A stretch of DNA of 63,716 bases, counting the filler, from Guillardia theta CCMP2712 (taxonomy: Eukaryota > Protista > Cryptophyta): the NCBI RefSeq assembly GCF_000315625.1. It is 4 parts of 4 records of this genome, joined end to end, with 100 filler letters (N's around TTAATTAATTAA, not from the genome) between each part and the next. Parts side by side here need not be neighbours in the genome. Positions count along the whole stretch, not along the records: positions 1 to 31,454 come from NW_005434467.1; 3 more parts are not named here. One strand, written 5' to 3'. The translations under genes were made by a program, and so were the position numbers. Of the stretch, positions 1-10,579 are shown piece by piece (the stretch's first letter is position 1; each line of letters begins with the position of its first letter). A model generated the notes under the pieces. That model was not told the DNA's origin and ran no database searches. It worked only from the letters and a program-made list of their open reading frames with translations.

Positions 1-579
1 TCATTTGTTCGGAGAGATATCATAATGCCAATCAAATACAAAATACATGTAATCTGCAATTTTGTCGGATATCCATGAATCAGATGGCTGCCATGCAGAT
101 CGGATGGTATCATTCCAAAGACACCACCATTCCGTCCTCAAGCCTCCCCGTCGTCTGAGGTGCATTGCTTTCTGTCACAGGGCGCGCTGATCCGCAAAAT
201 GGTTCTGTTTCCAATCCAATCTCTACTATGATCAGCACTCTTTTACGTGTACCCGTCTGAGCCTTGTCTCCCTCGTTACCGCATTTCCTCCTCTTGCTTT
301 CTGGTTCGACAATTGACGGGACTGTGGCAAACCATGTTCTACCTGCCCTCAAATGCAAGACCAGCCATTCAGTGTTGGAGGTTCAAATCTTTTGCGAACG
401 CCGATACCATGCACAGGTTGACATCCAGATCCTGTGACACCAGCCCTGAAATGACGTCGAACAAGTATTTCGGGGCAAGAGGAGAGGACAAGCTCTTGAA
501 CTCCGCTCCACCTTTCCACCTCTGCTTGTATGAAAAAGTCGGCCCTGCGAATGTGCCGTCCCTGCCCTGTATATCTTTG

Positions 580-3500
580 TTACGTGTATAAAAGCCCAAG
601 ACAGCGGAGCTTGTCCTTCTCCCTCAGCACATCCTCCCCGCATGTCTCTACAACATACCGCAGCACCTCCAAGTGCCCTCCGAGACTCGCCCAGTGCGCG
701 CATGTCTTGCCGTACTTGTCCTTCTCCCTCAGCACATCCTCCCCGCATGTCTCTACAACATACCGCACTACCTCCAAGTGCCCTCTGAGACTCGCCGTAT
801 GCGCGCATGTCCTGCCGTGCTTGGCCTTCTCCCTCAGCACCTCCTCCCCGCATGTCTCTACAGCATACCGCACTACCTCCAACTGCCCTCCCTCACTCGC
901 CCAGTGCGCGCATGTCCAGCCGTCATTGTCCTTCTCCCTCAGTACCTCCTCCCCGGATGTCTCCCCAACATACCGCACTACCTCCAAGTGCCCTCTGAGA
1001 CTCGCCCAGTGAGCGCATGTCCTGCCGTCAAAGTCCTTCTCCCTCAGTACCTCCTCCCACGGATGTCTCTACAGCATACCGGAGTAGCTCCAACTGCCCT
1101 CCCTCAGTCGCCCAAGTGCGCCGCATGTCTTGCCGTGATTGTCCTTCTCCCCTCAGTACCTCCTCCCCGCATGTCTCACCAACATACCGGACTAACTCCA
1201 AGTTCCCTTTCAGCACTCNNNNNNNNNNNNNNNNNNNNNNNNNNNNNNNNNNNNNNNNNNNNNNNNNNNNNNNNNNNNNNNNNNNNNNNNNNNNNNNNNN
1301 NNNNNNNNNNNNNNNNNNNNNNNNNNNNNNNNNNNNNNNNNNNNNNNNNNNNNNNNNNNNNNNNNNNNNNNNNNNNNNNNNNNNNNNNNNNNNNTTCTTC
1401 CTCTACCGTCTTCAGCACCTCCACATGCCCATACTCCCCCGCCCAGTGTACCATCGTCTTCCCTTCTTCGTCCTTCGCTCCTACCTCTGCTCCTGCCTCT
1501 ATCAGCTCCCTCATGCTCCCCGCCCTCCCCAGCATCCCCGCTACATGCAGCCCTGTCCTCCCGTCCTCCGTCCGCTCGTCCATGTCGTACCCGCCCGCCT
1601 TCAGCAGCCCGATCAGCTCCCCCTGTCCTCGTACCACCGCCGTCACTGTCGACGGCTCCCCGTGCTGGCCCGACCTTGACATCGACAAGCCGTACATCCC
1701 GCACAGCCTCTTGCTCTGCTCTCGTCTGCCGTCATCGCCTGCTGCAGTCCGCGAGCTGATCTCGTACATCAGACCCGCCATCGTCTTCCAGTACACTGAC
1801 TGCATCGGCTCTCTCGCAAGGGCTTTACATTTCCTGTCTCCTTGAGTGTCTTCGATCCAGTGCCTGAGCTTGTTGATCGCCATGTCCTTGACTCGGTTCG
1901 ACAGCTCGATCGCCTCCTTGTATCTTGACTCGTCGTTGTACCAGCCCGACTCCCTCGCCCTGCTCGCCTCCACCAGCCCCCAGCACTCCTCCACGATCGA
2001 TTGTACAAGACCCTGATGGAGCTTGAACCAAGAGTCAGCCGTTGCTGTCCTGAGCCGCTCCTGGATCCTCCCCTCCCACCCCCTCACGTCTCGCTCTACC
2101 TCCCTCGCCAGGTTCTCCATCAGCCCTACGTACAGCTGCTTCCTCTTCCCCACAAAGTCCTCGATCGTCAAGCTCATCGTGTTCGCGTTGATCTTCAGCT
2201 CCAGCACCTTCACCCGCCTCCCCTCTACCTCCCTGTACCGCGGCGTCTTCACCACCTCCAGGTACGACAGCGGTGGATACAGCATCTCCCCCTCCCCCGG
2301 ATACTGAGACACAAACGTCAAGCTCGCCCCCCGGTCGATCGCCCCGCAGCTGATCTCGAACACGATCGACTCTCCCTCCTCCCCGGCGTACTGCATCGCC
2401 GTCCTGACGTCTGTCGTCGTGCTCAGCAGCCCGTACTCGACTCCTCCGGACACCCCGAGCTTGTCCTCGTTGAGGAAGCTCTCCGGCAGCTTCAGGCCTT
2501 TCAGTCCAATCCACACTTGCCGATCATCGGGCAGAGGCGTGTGACGAGACAGCTTGACGATGCCGCTGACGATGCAGTGGATGGTCGTCGTGTACTTGTT
2601 GGGGAGCTTGTTGGAGTCTCGGAGGAGCTCGTTGGGAGCTCGAAGAACAGAGTTGTACTTGAAGTACATCGGCCCTGTCATAGCAAGCCTCTTGTCAGCC
2701 TTCTCACGCTCTCTTGCTCCTCTCTCCTCCCCCATGCTCCTTCTCCCTCTCTCGCTCTATCTCTCTCTTACCTGTGTAGAGCTGCAGCGCGATCAGCTCC
2801 GCCTCCTGTAGCCCCGCCTTCATCGCCGTGTCCAGCCCCTTCAGCTCCTCCATCCCTCGGATCACCCGCGTCCCGTCCGACAGCCTCCGCCTCCTCTCCG
2901 GGTCTGTGACGTTGAGCCACTCCTCCTTGGCTGTCGTCCTGATGTTGTAGTTGCTCGTCGTGAACGCTTCCTCCGCGTCCTTGCCCTTGCAGTGCTCCTC
3001 CTCTATCGCCTTCATCAGCTCTGTCTGAGGTAGCCCGATCCGCTCCATCAGCCCCCCGTAGTACTCCTCGATCTTCCCGTACACGGCCTCGCGTACCTCC
3101 CCGCTGCCTGTACCGTCCGACTCATTCACCGCAAACTTGCTGTTGTGCGACGTCGGACCGTCTCCTCCCGCCCGCCCTCCTGCCTCCGCCGGCCTCCTCA
3201 GCGCCTCCTCGAGCCTCCTCGCTATCGCCGTCTGCCATAGAGCCGATAGAGCGCTCTCCGTCATCCCCTGTAGCCCCGCAAGAGGACTCGCCGCGCTCCC
3301 GCCGGGGATGCACTCCGCCATGACTCGGAGGATGTTGAGGTCGCCGAGGCTGCTGGTCTTGCGCTCGAGCTCCCACTCTCTTGCGACTCTCACCTCGTAG
3401 TCGTCGTACGAGAGCTTGTCAGGGCCTGCGTGCGGCATGAGGGCCGACGCGTCGACGCCGAGAGCCATGCCGAGGTTGTTGAGAATCGTTTTGTATTCCT

Positions 3501-3720
3501 TTGAGTCTAGAGGGGTCTGAAAGAGCTTCTTGAGGTCAGAGCTGATGTCGTCGGGGATAGTCCAGCTGGTCGTTTGCTGGGCACTAGCTGGTGGATCAGC
3601 CGTGGGATTTCTGATTTGAGCAAGAGCGGAGGTGTTGGCGAGCAGCACTTCATTCTTGACTCTCAAGGTCAAGAGCTCACGCTCAAGCTCTAGGATCTCT
3701 CTCTGTACATCCTTCCCCAT
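580..3720 (-). CDS. Mono-ADP-ribosyltransferase (R-S-E/ARTC-like) domain fused to C-terminal ankyrin repeats
   Basis: ORF 2704..3765 (…ELIALQLYTG) splices to ORF 1176..2735 (PMYFKYNSVLR…) through a GT-AG intron at 2771..2675 (97 nt, GCTGAC branch-like site). ART motifs are VWIG (the usual VYRG position), LSTTTD and SQYPGEGEMLYPP (ExE). Ankyrin repeats follow (DGRTGLHVA…, EGKTMVHWA…, then a 35-aa array to ~608). N gap at 1219-1395 with nearby frameshifts. An upstream exon is possible (acceptor near 3769). Confidence 0.8.
608..1217 (-). repeat. Coding tandem array of ~105-bp/35-aa ankyrin repeats
   Basis: Units KDxxGxTCAHxASxxGxLEV[VL]RY[VA]VETCGE[ED]VLRE; about 5-6 visible before the gap. Confidence 0.9.
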
Positions 3721-3804
3721 GCCGTACCAGACTAGCAGGAGGGGACAAGGCGCAACAGATCTCAACGCCTGTCACAAGCGTCATGTCATCGAGAGTTGCT
3801 CTGG

Positions 3805-4438
3805 GCTCTCCTCTCCTCATCTCTCGTTCTCTCTTAACTCTCCTGTTCCCGCTCCTCCTGTCGTTCTCCTCCTCTCCTCTCCCCTCCCCTCTTCTTTGCT
3901 TTGCTCTTTCGATTCTTCTCTTCTCTGCTGTTTTCTTCGCTTCCCTTCGCTTCCCCTCATTCCTCTCCATTCATCTCCTCTCCTCTTCTCTCCTCTCCAT
4001 TTTTCTCTTCTCTTCACTCCTTTGTTCTCTTCTCTCCACTTCGTTTGTTTCCCTTAACTTCTCTTCTGTTCTCTTCCCTTCCTTTCCCTTCCCTCTTCTG
4101 CTTTGCTCTCCTCTCTTCTCCTATTCTCACCTATTCTTCTTTTGATTTCACCAAACTTCTCTTCTCTTCGCTTCTCTTCTCTCCTTTTCTCTCTATTTCA
4201 TTAAACTTCTCTCCTCTCCTCTCCTCTCCTCTCTACTCCTCTCCTCTCCTCCCCTCTCCTCTTTTATCATCTCCTCTCCTTTTCGCTCCTCCCCTCTCCT
4301 CTTTTATCATCTCCTCTCCTTTTCGCTCCTCCCCTCCTCTCCTCTTTATTTCACTAAACTTCTCTCCTCTGTTCTCCTCTCCTATTCTCTCCTCTTCTAT
4401 CCTATCCTCTTCTATCTTCTCCTCCTCTCCTCTCCTCT
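3805..4438. repeat. CT-rich low-complexity tract, probably intronic
   Basis: Almost pure C/T, (CTCTC)n-like; produces spurious S/L/P/F ORFs. Confidence 0.85.
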
Positions 4439-5746
4439 NNNNNNNNNNNNNNNNNNNNNNNNNNNNNNNNNNNNNNNNNNNNNNNNNNNNNNNNNNNNNN
4501 NNNNNNNNNNNNNNNNNNNNNNNNNNNNNNNNNNNNNNAGCAGCTACAAGACATCTCTCACACTCTAGCGACATGACAAGCTTGTCCTCACCCTCCCTCA
4601 AGCTCCTTCCATCCTCTCTCCCTCTCTCCTCCCGCTCTCCCCCTTCATCCTCCTGCCATGTTTCCCGCCCAACCACCCCTCTACATGGAGCCCTACCCTA
4701 GTCGTATACCACCCTCTTCAATCCCATGGTTTCCGCCTATCAGGTACGGGTGAGCAACACCAGCCTACCCTACCTGTTGATGTATTTTGCACTGCCCTAC
4801 CCCACCCCCAGAAGCTCCTTGATTTCGCTAGTCAGCGTAAGGGGTGGACGCTCTAATTGGAGCAACGGATCCGAGGCGGACTGCTGGCGATGAAAACCGT
4901 TGAGAGGATTGACTAACTTAGTCATCTACTGCGATCTCAGTGACCGGAGCCTCGGAGGCTGAAGATCGGACCGTAAGACAACGTGACGGTACAGCGACTG
5001 CGGCGCTGCTGTATGACAGTGAGCTCTGACAGTCTCCGCTGACTACCGGTACTCCTGAGCTCGCTGATCCACCCTTAAATGAAGGAGTCAGCTGGCGAGG
5101 GCCTCGGAGCAGACCTGGGCCCGAGGGGTCAAGGCCAAGGGTTGTGAGCTGGAGGCTTCACCAACTTCGCGGCTTCGGCTCGTGACGGTCACGGTCATGC
5201 GTCTACGAGCGCTCGGGTGATCCCCTAGCAACAAGCTTCATTTCCATCCATGATGACTAGACGTCACTACAGCCCGGCCAGCTTCATGACCACATCCTCT
5301 CAGCTCCTCCGCCTCATCGCCCCCCCGTGAGCAAAACCTCTGGGTACCTCTCAGCTCCTCCAGCACACCCCGACATGCAAGACAAGAGGCCTACTATAGT
5401 ACTACTGCAGCCATATATCATTTGACTCATTTGACCAAAAATTGCCCACCTGACTTTTCCTTCTTGACTCAACTGAATTTAGGTTTGAAATAGACTAAAG
5501 TTAGTACCAAGAGACGTGGGGTTAACTGACCCGGCAACCAAAGAGAACGGCTACACTATGTGACTGTTCTCCTCGTTACTGAATGTTGTGAGACGCAGTA
5601 GAGTGAAACGAACTCTGATCGATCAAACATTCAAGATCCGGAGTTACACACTGTGTGAGCGAGTGCTCAGTGACCCGAGGAGCAGTAATGAGATCAGAGC
5701 CGGAAGCAGCTGAGATCCTCTGATCAGCACACGATGACTCTTGGGA

Positions 5747-6496
5747 CTGACCTCGGGCATGACCCCCTACTACCCCATGACGGACCCGACTGTGATCGGG
5801 TACGTGTGCGGGGGTGGGAGGCTGCCTTGAGAGCACCTCCTCGGAGGGTGCCCGGACGGGTTGTGGGCGGTGCTGGAGAGCTGCTGGGCGACGAGGGAGG
5901 AGGACCGCCCGAGGTTCGCCGAGCTTGCGGTAGCTGTAGGAAGAGCCGGAGCGGAGGGGGATGAGGGGGCTGCTGCATGGACAGGGTCAGACAGGACGCC
6001 TGGACAGCGGCGGGCAGGGGCCGGCAACCAGTCGCTATGCCGAGGCATATGCAGCATGGCAGAAGCTGCATGGAGAAGGATCGGAGAGGCAGCGGGGGGA
6101 GGGATCGAGGCGGTGGCGAGGAGAGTCAGGAAGCGCAAGTACGCAGAGCTCGTGGAGCTGCAAGAGTCAGCCTGCACCGCCTTGGAGTCCACGGGCAGCG
6201 ACGCTCTCAGCTCGCTGAGGACGGGAGCGAAGGCGCTGCCGGTCAGGGCGTCGGCAGCGCTAGAGGCACAAGATGGAAGCGGGACGGAGCAGCCGGCAAG
6301 GGAGGCATGGAGGCTGCTGAGGACGGGAGCTGACGACAGCATAGAGGCGGTGATGCAGGAGATGAGGACGTACGAGGCTCTCGCGGAGGTACAGCAGGCT
6401 GCGTGCGAAGCCTTGGTCAGCATGGCTCAGCACGGGGAGGCTGACAAGGTCAAGGCGCGAGAGGCGGGAGCGATCGAGGCCGTCGTCAGCGCCATG
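5747..6496 (+). pseudogene. Partial inverted paralog of the U-box/kinase/ARM gene (kinase C-lobe end, linker, first ARM repeats)
   Basis: Near-identical to the reverse complement of 25756..26480. It has no 5' part and runs into a tandem repeat at its 3' end. Confidence 0.9.
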
Positions 6497-6502
6497 ACAG
6501 TC

Positions 6503-6741
6503 GGGGGGTCATGCGAGAGAGTCAGAGTAGGGGGTGATGTAGGGGAGGAAGGTAACCACACGCGAGGGGAAGAGAGGGGTGGGTACGGACAAGGAGGGTG
6601 GGGGGTCATGGGAGAGCGTCAGAGTAGGGGGTGATGTAGGGGAGGAAGTAAACCAGACCCGAGGGGAAGAGAGGGGTGGGTACGGACAAGGAGGGGTGGG
6701 GGTCATGGAAGAGCGTCAGAGTAGGGGGTGATGTAGGGGAG
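6503..6741. repeat. G-rich tandem repeat, ~97-98 bp unit, ~2.4 copies
   Basis: GGGGGTCATG…GTCAGAGTAGGGGGTGATGTAGGGGAGG…GGGTACGGACAAGGAGGGTG recurs at ~6503, ~6601 and ~6699. Confidence 0.9.
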
Positions 6742-6919
6742 GTAGTAGTGATAGAGGAGAAGATAAGAGAGGAACTTGAACAAGGAGAGACAAGCTTGCC
6801 CGCCGGCTTTTGATCACCAAAAGATGATACTTGAACCGTAAAAATCTTGTAACCAGAGATTGCTGTCGCGAGGGTGGAACATCCGTTTCAAGGCATTTGA
6901 AGAGGTTGTGCAGTCTTAT

Positions 6920-7420
6920 CTTGCTCACCGATGCACAAGTGAGCTTGCTCACCGACCCACAAGTGAGCTTGCTCACCGATGCACAAGTGAAGTTGCTCAC
7001 CGACCCACAAGTGAGCTTGCTCACCGATGCACAAGTGAGCTTGCTCACCGACCCACAAGTGAGCTTGCTCACCGATCCACAAGTGAGCTTGCTCACCGAC
7101 CCACAAGTGAGCTTGCTCACCGACCCACAAGTGAGCTTGCTCACCGATGCACAAGTGAGCTTGCTCACCGATGCACAAGTGAGCTTGCTCACCGATGCAC
7201 AAGTGAGCTTGCTCACCGATGCACAAGTGAGCTTGCTCACCGATGCACAAGTGAGCTTGCTCACCGATGCACAAGTGAGCTTGATCACCGATCCACAAGT
7301 GAGCTTGCTCACCGATGCACAAGTGAGCTTGCTCACCGATGCACAAGTGAGCTTGCTCACCGATGCACAAGTGAAGTTGCTCACCGATGCACAAGTGAGC
7401 TTGCTCACCGATCCACAAGT
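6920..7420. repeat. 24-bp minisatellite, ~21 copies
   Basis: Unit CTTGCTCACCGA(TG/CC/TC)CACAAGTGAG; translates as (ELAHRCTS)n or (LLTDAQVS)n. Confidence 0.97.
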
Positions 7421-8510
7421 AGCTCCGGCAGTCTCTCATGTGTAAGGCTAGCCACCAGTAGCTCTGTGACATCAACACGTCCCTCGATCGCAGTCTCCAG
7501 GGAGTTGCTGATTTGATCCTACTCAAAGCTGACGATCAAGAGACTTGAAATAACAGTCAGACTCGGAATCGACTAGTAGCTCCCAGTGTTTTCCGGCAAC
7601 TTCATGTCCGGTCCGCAGTGTAGCTGATGTCCGACCGACCAATCTGGCTGGGGAGAGGCTTGTTTTTCCTAGAGTGCATCCGAAGATGGATCAAACAGAT
7701 TGTGGCTGGGATACTAGTGATAGGGCTGACTTGAAACAACTTGCGGCTAGAGAGAGAGCCTGATTGAAGAGAAGAGTCATCCGAATGTGTGTAACGAGAC
7801 TTGATGGGATTGCACGAGTTTGCAGCAGAAACGAAAAAACACCAACAAAGAGAAACTGCAGAAAAGGACCTCCGAGTGTACCGGCAGACACTCGCCAACC
7901 TACTTGGCTCAACGCCGAGGACCGAGCTCAGGAGTACCCGTAGTCAGGTCAGACTGTTAGGCTAGATAGCACCCGGGTGTGTAGACAGGTCATAGGCTAC
8001 TAGGATGTCTCGCGAGGTCTTCTCTGGCAAGGGATCGAGTGAGACCGGGGTACCCCTTAATGAAAGTTGGCGTGTATGGACTATGGTGGAGGGGTGGCTT
8101 CGGCCCTGTGGTGGGGGAGGGGGTGGTGCTGAGGAATGGATCTGGTCTTGTGCTGACCGCTGACGTGGCTATCAAAGACCACCATCAGAAGCATGACGAC
8201 TGAGTCACTCTCTTTCCTCTCTCATGGACGCGATTCCAACCCCCCCGATGTGTTCATCCATCATCACATGCGACAAGACAAGGTCTGCAGCCTCTTCCTC
8301 CTGAATGAACACTTGCTTTCCTTTCTCTCCTCCCATGCATCTCTCCCTCGCATCCATCACGCCATCTTGCTCTAGAGTCACTTTGCTCGGACTCTTGTTT
8401 GTCTTGGCAACACCTTCTTCCACTCTCTCGTGTGAGACGCTGTCATCGGTCACCTGACGCCGCGCGTCGACCCGAGACGAAGAGACAAGTTGGTTCGTGC
8501 CGAGCATCGT

Positions 8511-9168
8511 CTCTTAGAGTATGTGTGTCGTGGGCATTCATGACCATTTTGAACAAATAACCCCTAAAAGTTCAGATTCTGCTGTAAAATTCTGAACTTT
8601 TATGCCATAAATGTTCAGATTCTGGCAAATCGTTAATGATTGTTCAGCTGATGACCTCCCCCAATATCTAGCTATATGTCCGTAGAACCTCTATGAATAG
8701 ATGTGGCCCGGGGAGATGGAGAGCTCATGCCGCTGTGCGATGTCGTCGTGACCATTCGTGACCAAAAGGAACAAATAGGGGGTTATTTGTCAGCTCTTAC
8801 AATGGTCTGAATAAATGCTTTCGTGACCATTCGTGACCAAAAGGAACAAATAGGGGCTTATTTGTCAGCCCTCTAAATGTCCGAAGAAGCAATGTATAAA
8901 ACACCGTATGTAATCAATATAAGGGCCTTGACTAGGTCATACAGGGATTCAGCGGCTATGTTCTGATGTTGTGCTTATGTGATTCATAGATATCACACAT
9001 AAAACCTGTTATGCTCTTAAATGTTCTGATGTTTTAGTATGATATTGCTGATTATACAATATCAGATACGAAAGTAAGGCGCCAACCTCACAAATCACAT
9101 CTAGTGTTTGTTACCATATCACTTGTGTATCTCGTCAGATAATGCCCACGACACACCTACTCTAAGAG
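8511..9168. mobile_element. MITE-like non-autonomous DNA element with 28-bp terminal inverted repeats
   Basis: Left CTCTTAGAGTATGTGTGTCGTGGGCATT and right AATGCCCACGACACACCTACTCTAAGAG match with 1 mismatch. The interior is AT-rich and non-coding, with an internal direct repeat (GTGACCATTCGTGACCAAAAGGAACAAATAGGGG x2). Confidence 0.85.
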
Positions 9169-9203
9169 GCGTAACTACTAACATGTGAGCATCCTATGAT
9201 GTC

Positions 9204-9328
9204 TGATTGACTCTAACTTCCGATTAACCTTTTAACGCTCACACATACCCCTTTGAGCTACTAAGTGATTGACGCAAACTTCCGATTAACCTTTTAACGC
9301 TCACACATACCCCTTTGAGCTACTAAGT
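9204..9328. repeat. 62-bp tandem duplication
   Basis: TGATTGAC…AACTTCCGATTAACCTTTTAACGCTCACACATACCCCTTTGAGCTACTAAG occurs twice. Confidence 0.9.
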
Positions 9329-9370
9329 CATTTATTTCTTCAACATTGTTTGATTGTTTAGTAGTGAATG

Positions 9371-9494
9371 AACTAAGGATAAGGGGGGTCAAGGATAAGG
9401 GGGGGTATTTGGTAAGTGTTTGGACCTTTTGTGATGGATTTGTAAAATACTTTTCAAAACCCCCCCTTATCCTTACCCCCCCTTATCCTTGGTT
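9371..9494. repeat. Inverted repeat built from doubled AAGGATAAGGGGGG(G)T units (fold-back)
   Basis: AACTAAGGATAAGGGGGGTCAAGGATAAGGGGGGGT … ACCCCCCCTTATCCTTACCCCCCCTTATCCTTGGTT. Confidence 0.85.
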
Positions 9495-9728
9495 GTTTTA
9501 TTACTATCTTTTTTTTCAAGAGGGGAAAAACATATTCAATAGAGGATAATAGCATCATCTATACTTACTCGCCCTATTAATCATATACCGCATGCGGCAT
9601 CATCTACCTCAGGCATCATCTTCATCTTCTCCCTCAGGCATCATCTTCATCTTCTCCCTCCTCTTCATCCAACGAACCATACTCTATCTCTTGCCTAAAT
9701 TTTATATCTCCTTACCATAGAACTACAT

Positions 9729-10001
9729 ATGGCAAGTGACAACCGAGTCCGTGGAGAGTACCGAGATTATATGGCCTTCCTCAGGACTTTCACAGACCGA
9801 GTGTTCAGAAACAAGTTTCTCGTTCAGCAGCTGCTTCAAGAACAAATCATAACAGAAGAGGAACTCCAATTTTATGAGAGCTCGCGCTTCACAGCAAAAC
9901 AAAGGAAGAACAAGGGCTTGATTCAAGTCCATAGAAGAGACACTAGGCTATTCTTTGTTAATCTTGACTGTAAGACTAGAAGAATTGAAATTGAGCGATG
10001 A
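9729..10001 (+). CDS. Small intronless hypothetical protein (90 aa), AT-richer, possibly from a mobile element or virus
   Basis: ATG-to-TGA ORF with globular-looking composition (MASDNRVRGEYRDYMAFLRTF…); no family recognised. Confidence 0.4.
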   Translation: MASDNRVRGEYRDYMAFLRTFTDRVFRNKFLVQQLLQEQIITEEELQFYESSRFTAKQRKNKGLIQVHRRDTRLFFVNLDCKTRRIEIER

Positions 10002-10579
10002 CATGAAAGCGCAACGTGCAACCTACGGCAATTGAAAGAAGGGTCAATCAGAGTTGATTCTGTTTAGTGGTGTATCCATTGTTAGTTGCTTACCTGTGCG
10101 TGGAAATTTCATCTTGTCTTCGAAGCATGTTTGCAAGTACACTCGCGGATTGTTTGAACCAAGGGCACATATCCCAGTACACGATGGATGATTCAAACCT
10201 TGGTCCAACCTGTAGAGTTGAGAAAGAAGCTCGATCATCTCTTACAGGTATGATATGAGATCTTCATCTCATTCCTATCGTCTCTCAATATCAAGGTTCA
10301 TCCTTGCGAGTAAGGGGGCTACCCCCCACCCCTATGGCACACCCTCAAACGGAGGGGTTCTCTGAAGTGGAAGTTCCGACCCTGCGGGGCAGACCACCCC
10401 TCAATTAAGACGCCAACTTCCAACAAGGTCTGAACATGGTACCACCCCATCTTACTGAGAGCTATAGCGAACAGCTGACTACCGGTGCTCCTGAGCTCGA
10501 ATCGCACTTGAATCCAAGTCCAGTTGGCGCACACCGACATTTTTAATTGGTGGGTCTGCCTTTGTCCTCCCCTACCGAC

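Noticed and set aside
1017-1217. Programmed frameshifts in the ankyrin array
   Set aside because: Single-base indels cluster next to an N gap and are most likely low-quality sequence. The same applies to 29340-29850.
3632-4701. S/L/P/F-rich and R/E/G-rich ORFs
   Set aside because: They are translations of CT/GA low-complexity tracts, as are similar ORFs at 33300-36150 and 61100-62150.
6920-7420. CRISPR-like array
   Set aside because: The units are contiguous 24-mers with no unique spacers, there are no cas genes, and the context is eukaryotic.
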